Origin: Nitrospirota bacterium
Lineage (GTDB): Bacteria; Nitrospirota; UBA9217
NCBI GenBank assembly: GCA_963845065.1
Contig: CAWJQQ010000002.1
Coordinates: 224,001 to 288,000 of the forward strand
Direction of reading: 5' to 3'
Length of the DNA: 64,000 bases
Both the position numbers and the translations under genes were made by a program. Shown one piece after another: positions 19,817-30,064 of the stretch. Position 1 is the first letter of the stretch. Every line of letters starts with the position of its first letter. Under the pieces are notes generated by a model. It made no database searches and was not told the DNA's origin. It worked only from the letters and a program-made list of their open reading frames with translations.

Positions 19817-20971
19817 ATGATCAGGGACCAAGAAACACTCAATGTACTGGTCGAAACAGTTTCCCGCTATGTAAAAGAGCGCTTGATGCCACATGAGGAT
19901 GTTGTAGCCGACACTGATCAAATCCCCGCCGGCCTGGTTCAAGAGATGAAGGATTTGGGACTGTTCGGTCTTTCCATTCCTGAAGAATACGGCGGCCTGG
20001 GGTTGACCATGGAAGAAGAAGTTATTATTGTCTTCGAGCTGGGGAAGACTTCGCCGGCTTTCCGCTCCATGATCGGTACTAATAACGGGATCGGCTCGCA
20101 AGGCATCGTGATCGATGGCACCGAGGAGCAGAAGCGTTATTACCTGCCCCGGCTAGCTTCCGGTGAAATTATCGGTTCGTTTGCGCTTACCGAACCGGAC
20201 GCTGGCTCGGATGCTGCGTCATTGCGCACCTCCGCCAGACGAGATGGCGACTTTTACAAAGTCAACGGAACAAAGAGATTTATCACCAATGCCCCCGAAG
20301 CCCAGATATTCACGGTCATGGCGCGTACCGACCCGACCAACAAAGGTCCTGCTGGCATTTCCGCATTCATAGTGGAAGCCGGTACGCCCGGCCTGTCTCT
20401 AGGAAAAATCGACAAAAAAATGGGGCAGAAGGGGTCTCACACCTGTGATGTGATTCTTGATGATTGCCGGGTGCCTGCTACCAATCTGATAGGCCACAAA
20501 GAAGGAATTGGCTTTAAAACCGCCATGAAGGTGATTGACAAGGGTCGCCTCCATATTGCCGCCGTCTGTGTTGCATCAGCCGAACGCATGCTCAATGATG
20601 CGCTCACCTACGCCATGGTCCGCAAACAGTTCGGCAAGGCGATTGCCGAATTCCAGCTGATCCAGGCCATGCTTGCCGACAGCAAAGCGGAAATATATGC
20701 AGCCCGATGCATGGTGCTGGATGCCGCCCGCCGCCGAGACCAAGGAAAGGACGTAGGCACAGAAGCATCCTGCTGCAAGATGTTCTCATCGGAGATGTGC
20801 GGCCGGGTTGCCGATCGGGCCGTGCAGATTCATGGCGGCTCAGGGTATGTCAGTGACTACTCCATCGAGCGGTTCTACCGCGATGTCCGTTTGTTCAGAA
20901 TTTACGAAGGGACCACCCAGATCCAGCAGCTGGTGATTGCCCGCAACATGATCCGTGCAGCACAAGGTTAA
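19817..20971 (+). CDS. dcaA: Acyl-CoA dehydrogenase, DcaA-like
   Basis: MIRDQETLN..., ELGKTSPAFRSMIGTNNGIGS, RIYEGTTQIQQ; strongly recalls Acinetobacter DcaA. Confidence 0.85.
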   Translation: MIRDQETLNVLVETVSRYVKERLMPHEDVVADTDQIPAGLVQEMKDLGLFGLSIPEEYGGLGLTMEEEVIIVFELGKTSPAFRSMIGTNNGIGSQGIVIDGTEEQKRYYLPRLASGEIIGSFALTEPDAGSDAASLRTSARRDGDFYKVNGTKRFITNAPEAQIFTVMARTDPTNKGPAGISAFIVEAGTPGLSLGKIDKKMGQKGSHTCDVILDDCRVPATNLIGHKEGIGFKTAMKVIDKGRLHIAAVCVASAERMLNDALTYAMVRKQFGKAIAEFQLIQAMLADSKAEIYAARCMVLDAARRRDQGKDVGTEASCCKMFSSEMCGRVADRAVQIHGGSGYVSDYSIERFYRDVRLFRIYEGTTQIQQLVIARNMIRAAQG

Positions 20972-21044
20972 GAATCATCACGGGAAAAACGAAATATAGT
21001 AATAGTAACCCGCACCCCCTATGTGGACACTCACATATGGTGAC

Positions 21045-21755
21045 CTACTCTCTCTCCTCCGTTGACACTTCTTGCGCGCTTTGTCCCGTGATCTCTTTTA
21101 TCTTCGCCAGCCGTTTACGCCGTTCATCCCGGGAAACGTACCAATCCTGGATGAGCGATTCAATCAGTCCGATCAACGACTCTGCCTCTCCGGGCTCGGT
21201 GTCAAGAATTTCGGCTCCTTCACTGTCCATCCTTGCGCCGATCATTCCATTCTTCCTGACTGACTCAATGGCCTCCCACGTGAGAGGATCTACCGTGCCT
21301 CTGATCTGACGGAACTCGTCTCCGAGCCTTCCGGGCTGAACTCGCCAGAAGTCCCGCAGCATTTCTGAGAGACAACGGCGCGAAAGGGCCGAAGCCACCT
21401 TCGGGCTGAACTCAATAGCGAGGCAGGCCTCCTGGTAGTCTTGAAGGACCGGGTGAGGAATGTCGATGGGGAAGAAGCGGGCGCGAGAGGATGGGACGAG
21501 AGACCAGGTCTTTATATGCTTTCCTGTATAGGAACGGTTTCCGGAGACTTCCAGGTTGTGCAGGGAAGCACTGAGGGAAAATTTGTTGCATTCTGGATTC
21601 GGGCAGACAACAAACTTTGCTACGAGCCGGCGTGGGCCATCTTGGTTTGCGATAGTAAGGTCCGCGAAAGTTATTTGTCGACCCTGGTCGGTGACGGTCT
21701 GATCCCTGTTACAAAACGGGCAATGCCAGAGATATTCGCTCACGCTAACCTCCAT
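21045..21755 (-). CDS. DUF4145-domain protein with N-terminal Cys motifs
   Basis: CPFC, CPNPEC; QDYQEACL..SPKVASALSRRCL pattern. Confidence 0.65.
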   Translation of the reverse strand: MEVSVSEYLWHCPFCNRDQTVTDQGRQITFADLTIANQDGPRRLVAKFVVCPNPECNKFSLSASLHNLEVSGNRSYTGKHIKTWSLVPSSRARFFPIDIPHPVLQDYQEACLAIEFSPKVASALSRRCLSEMLRDFWRVQPGRLGDEFRQIRGTVDPLTWEAIESVRKNGMIGARMDSEGAEILDTEPGEAESLIGLIESLIQDWYVSRDERRKRLAKIKEITGQSAQEVSTEERE

Positions 21756-21770
21756 GAACGGCGGCTGTTT

Positions 21771-22850
21771 TCAGATGATGAGTTCTTGAAGCTGCCGCTC
21801 ATCCCATGCCTTTGTGATAACTACTTCGCCGATACTCTTGGGCAGGACGAACTTCACCTTGCCGCCTTCCGCCTTTTTGTCAATCTGAATTGTGCTCATC
21901 AGCTCGGCAGCAGCAGGCTTACGAGTAAGGTCGCTAAGACTAGTCGGCAACCCATATGCTGCGATGAGTCTCATTACACGGTCAGGCACCGATAAATCAC
22001 ACAAGCCTGTATTCTGTGCCAGGCGTGCGGCATAGACCATTCCGATCGCTACGGCATAGCCGTGACGTATGGTGTAGTTTTCAGCTGTCTCGATGGCATG
22101 ACCGATTGTGTGACCAAAGTTCAAGATTGCGCGGAGACCGCCTTCACGTTCGTCCTTACTCACTACGTCTGCTTTGATCTCGCAGGAACGGCGAATTACG
22201 TGGTTAACTGCATCGGGATCGAGCGATAGGATCCTATCGCGGTTGTTATCGAGATACTCAAAGAACGACCGGTCCCAGATCACGCCGTACTTGATCACCT
22301 CTGCCATGCCAGAGAGCAGTTCTTCTTTCGACAGGGACTTGAGCACGTTCTGGTCCATAAGGACTTTTTTCGGCTGATAGAAAACACCGATCATGTTCTT
22401 GCCCATGGGATGATTCACGCCGGTCTTGCCGCCAACACTGCTGTCTACCATCGCGAGGAGCGTGGTAGGCACTTGAATGAACGGTACGCCGCGCATGAAC
22501 GTAGCTGCAGCAAAACCGGTAAGGTCCCCGATCACGCCGCCGCCAAACGCTATAAGCGCAGACTTCCGGTCGAATCCATTGATGAGAAGCGCCGTATAGA
22601 TCGAGTTAGCCCAATCGAGGTTTTTATACTGTTCGCCGTCAGGGATCTCTATAGACATTACGGTAAAGTCAGCTTCTTTGAGGCTGTCCACTAGCTTTTG
22701 GCCATAGAGTTTCCTGATCGTTGGGTTCGTGATCAGGGCAATCTTTTTACCGAGTCCGAGATCTCGGAGCCGTGCGCCGGCCTCACCCAGGCCCGACCCG
22801 ATCTCGATATCATAGCTCCGATCGCCTAGACTCACCTTAACAACATGCAT
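21771..22850 (-). CDS. aroB: 3-dehydroquinate synthase
   Basis: GGGVIGD, PTTLLAMVDSSVGGKTG, LNFGHT. Confidence 0.97.
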   Translation of the reverse strand: MHVVKVSLGDRSYDIEIGSGLGEAGARLRDLGLGKKIALITNPTIRKLYGQKLVDSLKEADFTVMSIEIPDGEQYKNLDWANSIYTALLINGFDRKSALIAFGGGVIGDLTGFAAATFMRGVPFIQVPTTLLAMVDSSVGGKTGVNHPMGKNMIGVFYQPKKVLMDQNVLKSLSKEELLSGMAEVIKYGVIWDRSFFEYLDNNRDRILSLDPDAVNHVIRRSCEIKADVVSKDEREGGLRAILNFGHTIGHAIETAENYTIRHGYAVAIGMVYAARLAQNTGLCDLSVPDRVMRLIAAYGLPTSLSDLTRKPAAAELMSTIQIDKKAEGGKVKFVLPKSIGEVVITKAWDERQLQELII

Positions 22851-23352
22851 GCTTGATTCTTTCTTTAATCGATTGAATGATATCCTCCACGGATTTTTCA
22901 GAGGTGTCTATGGTAACGTCCGCCTGGGCATAGAACTGTGCGCGGCTTTCGAGCAGCTCGCGTATTTTCGCCAGAGGATCCGCAGTCTGGAGCAGCGGCC
23001 GATGGGTCTCATGCTTGATGCGCTCGTAGATCACTTCGGGCGACGCTGTAAGGCAAACAACGAGGCCGGCCTTTTTGAAAGCTTCGCGATTCCTGTCCCC
23101 GATAACGGCGCCTCCTCCAGTGGAGACAACCTGACCTTCACGCTTTGTTACTTCGTGAATAATCTTTGCTTCGACCTCACGAAAATATGGTTCGCCGAAC
23201 TTGGCGAAGATAGAGGCGATAGCCAATTGTTGATCGGCCTCGATCAGACTGTCGGTATCGATAAACAGGTAGCCCAAGTCTTTTGCCAACTGAGTGCCTA
23301 CCTGGGTCTTGCCTACGCCCATGAAGCCGGTCAGGATAATATTCTTAAACAT
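22837..23352 (-). CDS. aroK: Shikimate kinase
   Basis: GFMGVGKT, DTD, GEPYFR, TGGG, RPLL. Confidence 0.96.
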   Translation of the reverse strand: MFKNIILTGFMGVGKTQVGTQLAKDLGYLFIDTDSLIEADQQLAIASIFAKFGEPYFREVEAKIIHEVTKREGQVVSTGGGAVIGDRNREAFKKAGLVVCLTASPEVIYERIKHETHRPLLQTADPLAKIRELLESRAQFYAQADVTIDTSEKSVEDIIQSIKERIKHACC

Positions 23353-23383
23353 GGTTATTGGCTTTTGACTATTTGCATGAGTC

Positions 23384-24574
23384 TTACTTTTTTTCTGACG
23401 TTTCTTCCGCGCCTATCCGCGCCTTTAGATGCTTGTCATACTGGGAGAAATTCCGTTTCATTTCGTCGATGCTGTCGCCTCCGAATTTTTCCACCAGTGC
23501 CGCCGCGATTTCAAAAGCCACGGCGGCCTCTGCCACCACTCCGGCCGCCGGTACAGCGCTAACGTCGGACCGCTCCACGCCGGCCTTAAAGGGCCTCTTG
23601 CTGGCAAGATCTACGGAGCGCAGCGGTTTCATAAGCGTTGGGATGGGCTTCATGGCAGCGCGTAACACGATGGGCTCGCCGTTGCTGATCCCGCCTTCGA
23701 TGCCGCCTGCCATGTTGGTCTTGCGGTAGAATCCTTCTTTCCTGCTCCAGAAGATCTCATCGTGCACCTGAGAACCCGGTCTATTTGCCACACCGAAGCC
23801 AGCACCAACCTCGACGCCTTTGATTGCCTGGACGCTCATCAGTGCATTGGAGAGTCTCGCATCAAGCTTTCGGTCCCAGTGAGCGTGGCTCCCGAGGCCC
23901 ACAGGAACTCCTTTAATGATAACCTCAAAAATGCCACCCAGCGTGTCGCCGGCAACCTTGGCCTCATCTATCTTCCGTATCATTCGCTTTACCGCATCAG
24001 GGTCTGCACAGCGAAGCTCCGATACCTCAGCTCGTTTTTTGAGTTCAGGAACAGAGATCTTAGGTACTTTAGCGTACACTCCGCCAATGGAGAGCACGTG
24101 GCTCACGACTTCGATGCCGAATTCTTCGAGCAGCCGCTTTGCCACTGAACCCACAGCGACGCGCATAGCAGTTTCCCGGGCACTCGATCGCTCGAGGATG
24201 TTTCTAATATCGGTCATGCTGTACTTGAGGGCCCCTGCAAGGTCGGCATGTCCTGGACGGGGCCTTGTCAGGGGATCTGCGCAGTTCAAAAACATGGGGT
24301 CCACCGACATTTTGTCACGCCAATTTTCCCAGTCCTTGTTTCGAATCATGAGTCCGATGGGGCTGCCAAGCGTCCTGCCCCAGCGTACTCCGGAATAAAT
24401 CTTCACTTGATCTTTTTCGATCTTCATCCGGTTGCCGCGACCATACCCTACCTGCCTTCGGGACAAATCACGGTCAATATCCGTTACCCGGATCAACAGA
24501 CCGGCAGGCATTCCCTCGATGATACCCATCTGCAGTTCTCCATGAGATTCACCGGCAGTTAAGAATCGCAACAT
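23384..24574 (-). CDS. aroC: Chorismate synthase
   Basis: [33 protein letters not shown]. Confidence 0.97.
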   Translation of the reverse strand: MLRFLTAGESHGELQMGIIEGMPAGLLIRVTDIDRDLSRRQVGYGRGNRMKIEKDQVKIYSGVRWGRTLGSPIGLMIRNKDWENWRDKMSVDPMFLNCADPLTRPRPGHADLAGALKYSMTDIRNILERSSARETAMRVAVGSVAKRLLEEFGIEVVSHVLSIGGVYAKVPKISVPELKKRAEVSELRCADPDAVKRMIRKIDEAKVAGDTLGGIFEVIIKGVPVGLGSHAHWDRKLDARLSNALMSVQAIKGVEVGAGFGVANRPGSQVHDEIFWSRKEGFYRKTNMAGGIEGGISNGEPIVLRAAMKPIPTLMKPLRSVDLASKRPFKAGVERSDVSAVPAAGVVAEAAVAFEIAAALVEKFGGDSIDEMKRNFSQYDKHLKARIGAEETSEKK

Positions 24575-24894
24575 ATTTACCCTCCCACACTGCAATCAGT
24601 CGGCGTACAATTTCTATACAAATAAATCGGGGTTTTGAGAGAAAAATACCTGTAAAATCGGGATTATCATAGCAAATTTGTCATGGAAGTGCAATGAAAA
24701 GTATGGTATAAGTATGGGTATTTTAAGGGTATAAAATGATTATTAACCTCAGCTGCTTAGCGGGAATTCGTGGTCCGTGTTAAAAAATAACATTTTTTCA
24801 ATAGGTTACATCAATAACAGCATTTTTTTAAGCCCGCGTATATGAGACCCCGCATTTTAACCATGCTGCAGTCTAGGAGATTTAATAACGTGCC

Positions 24895-25623
24895 ATGATC
24901 GCTCTTCTCTGCTCTGTCAAAGTTGAAGCAGAACAACTCCTGGCTTCGACCACAGTGACCAAGACCACTACGATCGGATCCAAGTCGATTATCGAAGGAA
25001 CTCTGGTTGGCCGTCGTGTCCTGCTCTGCATCGGGGGCATGGGCAAGGTCAATGCAGCTCATGCGGCAACAATTCTTTCAGGTTATAATCCGGCTGCAAT
25101 CGTCATTTTTGGAATAGGCGGAGCCTATCCTTCATCAAGTGCTAAAATCGGAAATGTGGCGATCGCAAAAGAGGAGATTGCTGGTGACGAAGGGGTGTTG
25201 ATGCTTGATGGTTTTAAAGACACGAAATACATCGGCATACCGCTGATCAAAACTTCGACATCGGTGATTTATAATACCTACCCGGCACGGGAATCTTTGG
25301 TCAAGCACGCTCTCCAAGCACTCGTTATAAATCTGCCAGGTTACAGAAACAAAGTGCATCTTGGGACATTCGTGACGCTATCGACCTGTACTGGGACCGC
25401 GGCGCGGGCAAGAGAGCTGGAAGAGCGTTATCACGGCCTATGTGAAAACATGGAGGGAGCTGCCGCTGCGCAAGTGGCTGAATTGCACAACATTCCCTGG
25501 GTCGAAGTGCGAGGGATTTCCAATATCGTGGAAGACCGTGATCTGCAAAAATGGGACATCCCCTCTGCAGCGCGTATGGCACAACAAGCGGTCCTGCACA
25601 TTTTAGGAGCGTGGAAACAATGA
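24895..25623 (+). CDS. mqnB: Futalosine hydrolase
   Basis: PNP/MTAN fold: GMGKVNAA, GIGGAY, ENMEGAA, RGISN; adjacent to mqnD. Confidence 0.88.
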   Translation: MIALLCSVKVEAEQLLASTTVTKTTTIGSKSIIEGTLVGRRVLLCIGGMGKVNAAHAATILSGYNPAAIVIFGIGGAYPSSSAKIGNVAIAKEEIAGDEGVLMLDGFKDTKYIGIPLIKTSTSVIYNTYPARESLVKHALQALVINLPGYRNKVHLGTFVTLSTCTGTAARARELEERYHGLCENMEGAAAAQVAELHNIPWVEVRGISNIVEDRDLQKWDIPSAARMAQQAVLHILGAWKQ

Positions 25624-26459
25624 CACAAACGCTCACCATCGGCTATTCACCCTGTCCGAATGATACATTCATCTTCTATGCGCTTATTCACGGAAAGGTA
25701 AAAATTCCAGGCATTTCGTTTCGCGAGCAGCTGGAGGACGTCGAGACCCTGAACCGAATGGCGCTCGAAGGCAAGCTCGACTTCACAAAAATCTCTTACC
25801 ACGCATTAGGCCATCTCAGAAATCAGTATGCACTGCTCCGCTCCGGCAGTGCACTGGGACGCGGGTGCGGTCCGCTCATCGTGGCACGTCCCGGCACCAA
25901 TGTCGCTGATCTGAGCACAGCCCGCATAGCGATACCCGGAACTCTCACCACAGCCTATCTTCTGCTTCGTCTGTTCAATCCCGCATTGACAAATATAGCC
26001 GTCATGACCTTTGACCGGATCATGGATGCTGTATCGAAGGGAGATGTTACAGCTGGTCTCATCATCCATGAGAGCAGATTCACCTATCCGCTTTACGGCC
26101 TCGTGAAACTCCAGGACCTCGGTGAGTGGTGGGAGAACTATTCCGGCCTCCCAATTCCGCTAGGCGGCATCCTCGGCAAACGCTCCCTTGGCCGTGATAT
26201 CCTGCTAAGTGTGGAGTCAGGCATTCGGGAAAGCCTTCACTACGCCAATGGTCACCCCGATGAAGTCTTGAACTACTGCAGGCTGCACAGCCAGGAAATG
26301 GACGTACAGGTTATGAAAAACCACATCGATCTTTACGTAAATGATTTTTCACTTGATCTAGGGCCAGCAGGCCTGACAGCCGTCCGCAGGCTCTTTGCCG
26401 AGGCAGAGTCGCACGGAATCTTCCCTCATTCCGAAACATCGCTCTTGGCAGAGGAGTGA
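25620..26459 (+). CDS. mqnD: 1,4-dihydroxy-6-naphthoate synthase
   Basis: SPCPNDTF, DVETLN, IIHESRFTY, HIDLYVN. Confidence 0.95.
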   Translation: MTQTLTIGYSPCPNDTFIFYALIHGKVKIPGISFREQLEDVETLNRMALEGKLDFTKISYHALGHLRNQYALLRSGSALGRGCGPLIVARPGTNVADLSTARIAIPGTLTTAYLLLRLFNPALTNIAVMTFDRIMDAVSKGDVTAGLIIHESRFTYPLYGLVKLQDLGEWWENYSGLPIPLGGILGKRSLGRDILLSVESGIRESLHYANGHPDEVLNYCRLHSQEMDVQVMKNHIDLYVNDFSLDLGPAGLTAVRRLFAEAESHGIFPHSETSLLAEE

Positions 26460-26529
26460 AAAATTCTGTTGACTACAAATCGCGAAAAAATGTTATATTG
26501 TCTATATCTTTTTCCAGATGGGAGGAACT

Positions 26530-27090
26530 ATGCTTGGGTGGATATTTCTTACGGTAATCGGATTGATCCTGGTATGGCTCGTTCTGATCTATAATGGACT
26601 TGTTTCTGTCCGAAATGACATGCAAAACGCGTGGAAGCAAATCGATGTGCAGCTGAAGCGCAGGCACGACCTCATCCCGAATCTTGTCCAGACCATCAAA
26701 GGAGCGATGGAATTCGAACAGGACACGCTCGAGAAAGTTATCTCTGCTCGCACACACGCCGTGTCGGCGACAACGCCGGCATCAAAAGCCGTGGCCGAGA
26801 ATATGCTCACCCAAACCATCGGAAAACTGTTCGCGGTCATGGAAAACTACCCCGCGCTCAAGAGCAATCAGAACGTCATTCAGCTCCAGGAGGAGCTCAC
26901 CTCTACGGAAGATAAGATCGCGTTTGCCCGCCAGCTCTACAACGATCTGGTGGCGAACTTCCGAACGAAGCTCCAGATCTTCCCGAACAACCTCGTTTCG
27001 TCAATGTTTAACTTCCAGTCCGGAGAGTATTTCGGCGCTGACGAGGCTGACCGGGCTGTCCCTGCAGTGAATCTCAGCCTTAGAAAGTAA
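26530..27090 (+). CDS. lemA: LemA family protein
   Basis: YNGLV..NAWKQIDVQLKRRHDLIPNLV, ENYPALK, FPNN. Confidence 0.95.
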   Translation: MLGWIFLTVIGLILVWLVLIYNGLVSVRNDMQNAWKQIDVQLKRRHDLIPNLVQTIKGAMEFEQDTLEKVISARTHAVSATTPASKAVAENMLTQTIGKLFAVMENYPALKSNQNVIQLQEELTSTEDKIAFARQLYNDLVANFRTKLQIFPNNLVSSMFNFQSGEYFGADEADRAVPAVNLSLRK

Positions 27091-27179
27091 TTGAGAGGAT
27101 AGAGAACGGATTTAATCGCGTAGGAAAGCATCAATTCTGGTGTTTGTTGCAAGTTTCTTTCACCTGTTCCGGTTCCATT

Positions 27180-28802
27180 ATGCCCTTGACTTATATCGAC
27201 ATAGAAAAGCAAAAGAGTTGGCGGATCTGGGTATTCTTCCTAGTCCTGCTGTTTATGTACTTCTCCATAATAGCTCTTTTCGCGGCAACGTTTCTGCGGG
27301 GGCCGTGGCACGGGGTACTGCAGTTCTGGATTGTTGCAGGTCTAATTGCCCTGCTGGTTTCAAGTATCCATTTTTGGTTCTCCGCCTATGACACGGTCAG
27401 CACCGTTGTAAAGAGATTAAACGCTGATCCGCCTGATCCTCAGGACGATGTCCATAAGGTACTCTTGGACGTCATGCAGGAGATCCGTGTCGTGACCGGA
27501 AACAAGCGAAAGATGCAATGTCTTGTCATTCCGTCACTGTCTCTCAACGCTCTCGCCGCGTCTGACCTCAAGGGCAATGCAGCGGTCGCAATTACGGAAG
27601 GGCTGCTTTCACGCCTGACACGGCCCCAACTCGAGGCCGTCCTGGCCCACGAAGTACACCATATCCTATCCGGTGACTGTCTCGAAACCACTGTTGCTGC
27701 GAGCCTGTTCGGAACCTATGCTTCTATCCTGGAAAAGCTGAACACCAAGTCAAGGGATAGAGTCTCTATATCGCCAGCCTATTTCCTCGTCTGGGGATTG
27801 CTTCAACTGAGCTACCTCCTGAATATGTTCATCTCCCGAGAACGAGAATATCGCGCTGACGCAGCCTCTGTTCGGATGACCCGCAACCCCATCGCACTTG
27901 CCGAGACGCTTTACCTGCTCTCGCGCAGCTGGCGCGGGTCAGGGTTTATCGGAAGCGGCTTTGCGATGCTCTGCATCGTGAATCCACAAGGCACTGCCCT
28001 TGATGAGGCAGAAGGATTCTGGGCCGATCTTCTGTCCGCGCATCCTCCGCTCAAAAAAAGAATGGATATCCTGTTGGCCATGGCTCACACGAGCAACTCG
28101 GAGTTAAGCGCACGGTTTGACAGGTCGGCAGTAAACAATACGCAAACGGCGCCTGAAACACCGTATTATGCCATGGATCCCCAGCAGAAGTGGCAGGGTC
28201 CCTTCACCCTTACGGAACTTGGTGCACAGCCGTGGCTTTCGCCGCTTACCTGGGTAACAAAGGGGCAGCAACTTCCTGTAGACCGCGCATGGAAAGAACC
28301 GCTCATTAACGCGTTCTTTGTATTAAGGCTTTCACAACAGGACAATCAGGCGACAAACCTCTTATGCCCAGCATGCAGCCAGCCGCTCGTGACGGTACCC
28401 TATGAAGGGACTCAGATTTACCAGTGCAGGTTCTGCAGCGGCATGCTTGTTGATACGAGTAAAATACCGAGGATCCTTGCACGGACCGGGAGGGAACGGC
28501 CGCCTTCAAAGCGGATGAATTCCCTTGCAAAAGCGGCCGCAACGGAAAATCAGCTTAAGGTTGCGCATCAAAAATTGACCGCCGGAGATAATAAAGCTAT
28601 CACCTACCTGCCGTGCCCTAAATGTGCTAATCCCATGTTCCGGGGATTTTACAGCCAGGCATACTTGATCGAAATCGATCGATGCAGCTTTTGCGGATTT
28701 ACCTGGTTCGGCCAGAATGAGCTTGAGATGTTACAGTGCCTGATAGAGGGCAGGATAGTGCCGGATATATCGGATACTGCTATCGCTCCCCTATCGACTT
28801 GA
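27180..28802 (+). CDS. htpX: HtpX-like M48 zinc protease with C-terminal GYF_2-like and two Zn-ribbon domains
   Basis: LAHEVHH, SREREYRAD, AHPP; later CPAC..CRFC and CPKC..CSFC. Confidence 0.8.
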   Translation: MPLTYIDIEKQKSWRIWVFFLVLLFMYFSIIALFAATFLRGPWHGVLQFWIVAGLIALLVSSIHFWFSAYDTVSTVVKRLNADPPDPQDDVHKVLLDVMQEIRVVTGNKRKMQCLVIPSLSLNALAASDLKGNAAVAITEGLLSRLTRPQLEAVLAHEVHHILSGDCLETTVAASLFGTYASILEKLNTKSRDRVSISPAYFLVWGLLQLSYLLNMFISREREYRADAASVRMTRNPIALAETLYLLSRSWRGSGFIGSGFAMLCIVNPQGTALDEAEGFWADLLSAHPPLKKRMDILLAMAHTSNSELSARFDRSAVNNTQTAPETPYYAMDPQQKWQGPFTLTELGAQPWLSPLTWVTKGQQLPVDRAWKEPLINAFFVLRLSQQDNQATNLLCPACSQPLVTVPYEGTQIYQCRFCSGMLVDTSKIPRILARTGRERPPSKRMNSLAKAAATENQLKVAHQKLTAGDNKAITYLPCPKCANPMFRGFYSQAYLIEIDRCSFCGFTWFGQNELEMLQCLIEGRIVPDISDTAIAPLST

Positions 28803-28862
28803 AAAAAGTCATTAGCATCAATGTGCGCGACCATAATACAATAATCTTAGGAAGTGCATTCC

Positions 28863-29537
28863 ATGGTCACAGTTAAATTATTTGCCGTTCTAAAAGATAA
28901 AGCAGCCCGAAGCGAGTTGTCGATCACGTTTATTAGCGGCACCGTAGAGGCCTTGCTGAAGCAGGTGTCTCATGAATACCCGGCGCTCGCGGACATCCTA
29001 TCCTGCGGGTCCATCATGGTTTCGGTGAACCAGGATTTTGTAAAAATGGACGCGGTGGTCATGGATGGTGATGAGGTGGCGCTCATGCCGCCTTTCTCCG
29101 GAGGAAGCGGCGCTGTGCCGACGGTTCGGATCCAGCTCGAACCCTTTTCGATCGAACAAGAAATAGAGAATTTAAAAACAATTTCTACCGCTATCGGCGC
29201 GATTGTAATGTTCCTCGGGACGACGCGAGACATCTCGGTGGATAAGCAGGTGGCAAAGCTCGAATTCGAGCATTACCCGGGTATGGCCGAGAAAAAACTT
29301 TCCGAGATCAGGGATTGCGCTATCAAGGAATATGGAGTGATCGATGTTGCGATTATTCACCGGGTTGGCACAATCCCGGTGGGAGACAATATTGTATTGA
29401 TCCTGGTCTCCTCGATACATCGTGACGAGGCCTTCCGTGCATGCCGCTTCGTTATCGACGAGTTGAAACGGATAACGCCTATTTGGAAGAAAGAAACAAG
29501 ACCGGATGGCGAGGTATGGGTTGCGGAACATCCGTAG
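28863..29537 (+). CDS. moaE: Fused molybdopterin synthase MoaD-MoaE (MoaX-like)
   Basis: VKLFA...GDEVALMPPFSGG, then GAIVMFLGTTR, HRVG, PIWKKE. Confidence 0.92.
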   Translation: MVTVKLFAVLKDKAARSELSITFISGTVEALLKQVSHEYPALADILSCGSIMVSVNQDFVKMDAVVMDGDEVALMPPFSGGSGAVPTVRIQLEPFSIEQEIENLKTISTAIGAIVMFLGTTRDISVDKQVAKLEFEHYPGMAEKKLSEIRDCAIKEYGVIDVAIIHRVGTIPVGDNIVLILVSSIHRDEAFRACRFVIDELKRITPIWKKETRPDGEVWVAEHP

Positions 29538-29620
29538 GAGCACAGGACAGATGAACAGACAGCTGTCTCTAGACTTCCATACGGTCCGGCTTCCGCACGA
29601 TTGTCATATGATATGTTGAT

Positions 29621-30040
29621 TTATTTTGTTGCAGATTTTTTGCTGTTTTTCAGGAATACCACACAAGTCGAGCAGTCATTATCCATCCTGCATTTGGTCG
29701 TTTCCCAGCATGGCTTGCCTTTGTCTGTAAAGGCCGTACAAACAACCCGTCGTTCGTCGGGACAATCCTTGATCTCCCAGCAGGGAGCATAATCGAGGAG
29801 TTTCTTGATGCCTTCAATGCTGATCTTTTTCGTATGGATCAGTTCACGGATGCAGCGCAGCCACTTAATATCGTTTCCCGTGTAAAGCCTGTTCCTACGC
29901 TCGCGCGTCGGGAGGATCAGACCATGTTTCTCGTAAAGCCGCAGGGTCTGTGCTGTGGTTCCGACAAGCTTTGCAGCAACACCCATGGTAAAGAGCGGCG
30001 CGTCCTTGTCCTTTAAAACATCTAAACTATCAGCTATCAT
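29621..30040 (-). CDS. HspR-like MerR regulator with Cys-rich two-CW C-terminal domain
   Basis: MGVAAKLVGTTAQTLRLYEKHGLI; PCWEIKDC...C...PCWETTKC..CSTC. Confidence 0.85.
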   Translation of the reverse strand: MIADSLDVLKDKDAPLFTMGVAAKLVGTTAQTLRLYEKHGLILPTRERRNRLYTGNDIKWLRCIRELIHTKKISIEGIKKLLDYAPCWEIKDCPDERRVVCTAFTDKGKPCWETTKCRMDNDCSTCVVFLKNSKKSATK

Positions 30041-30064
30041 ATGCTTTATAATCTCCCCGATTTT

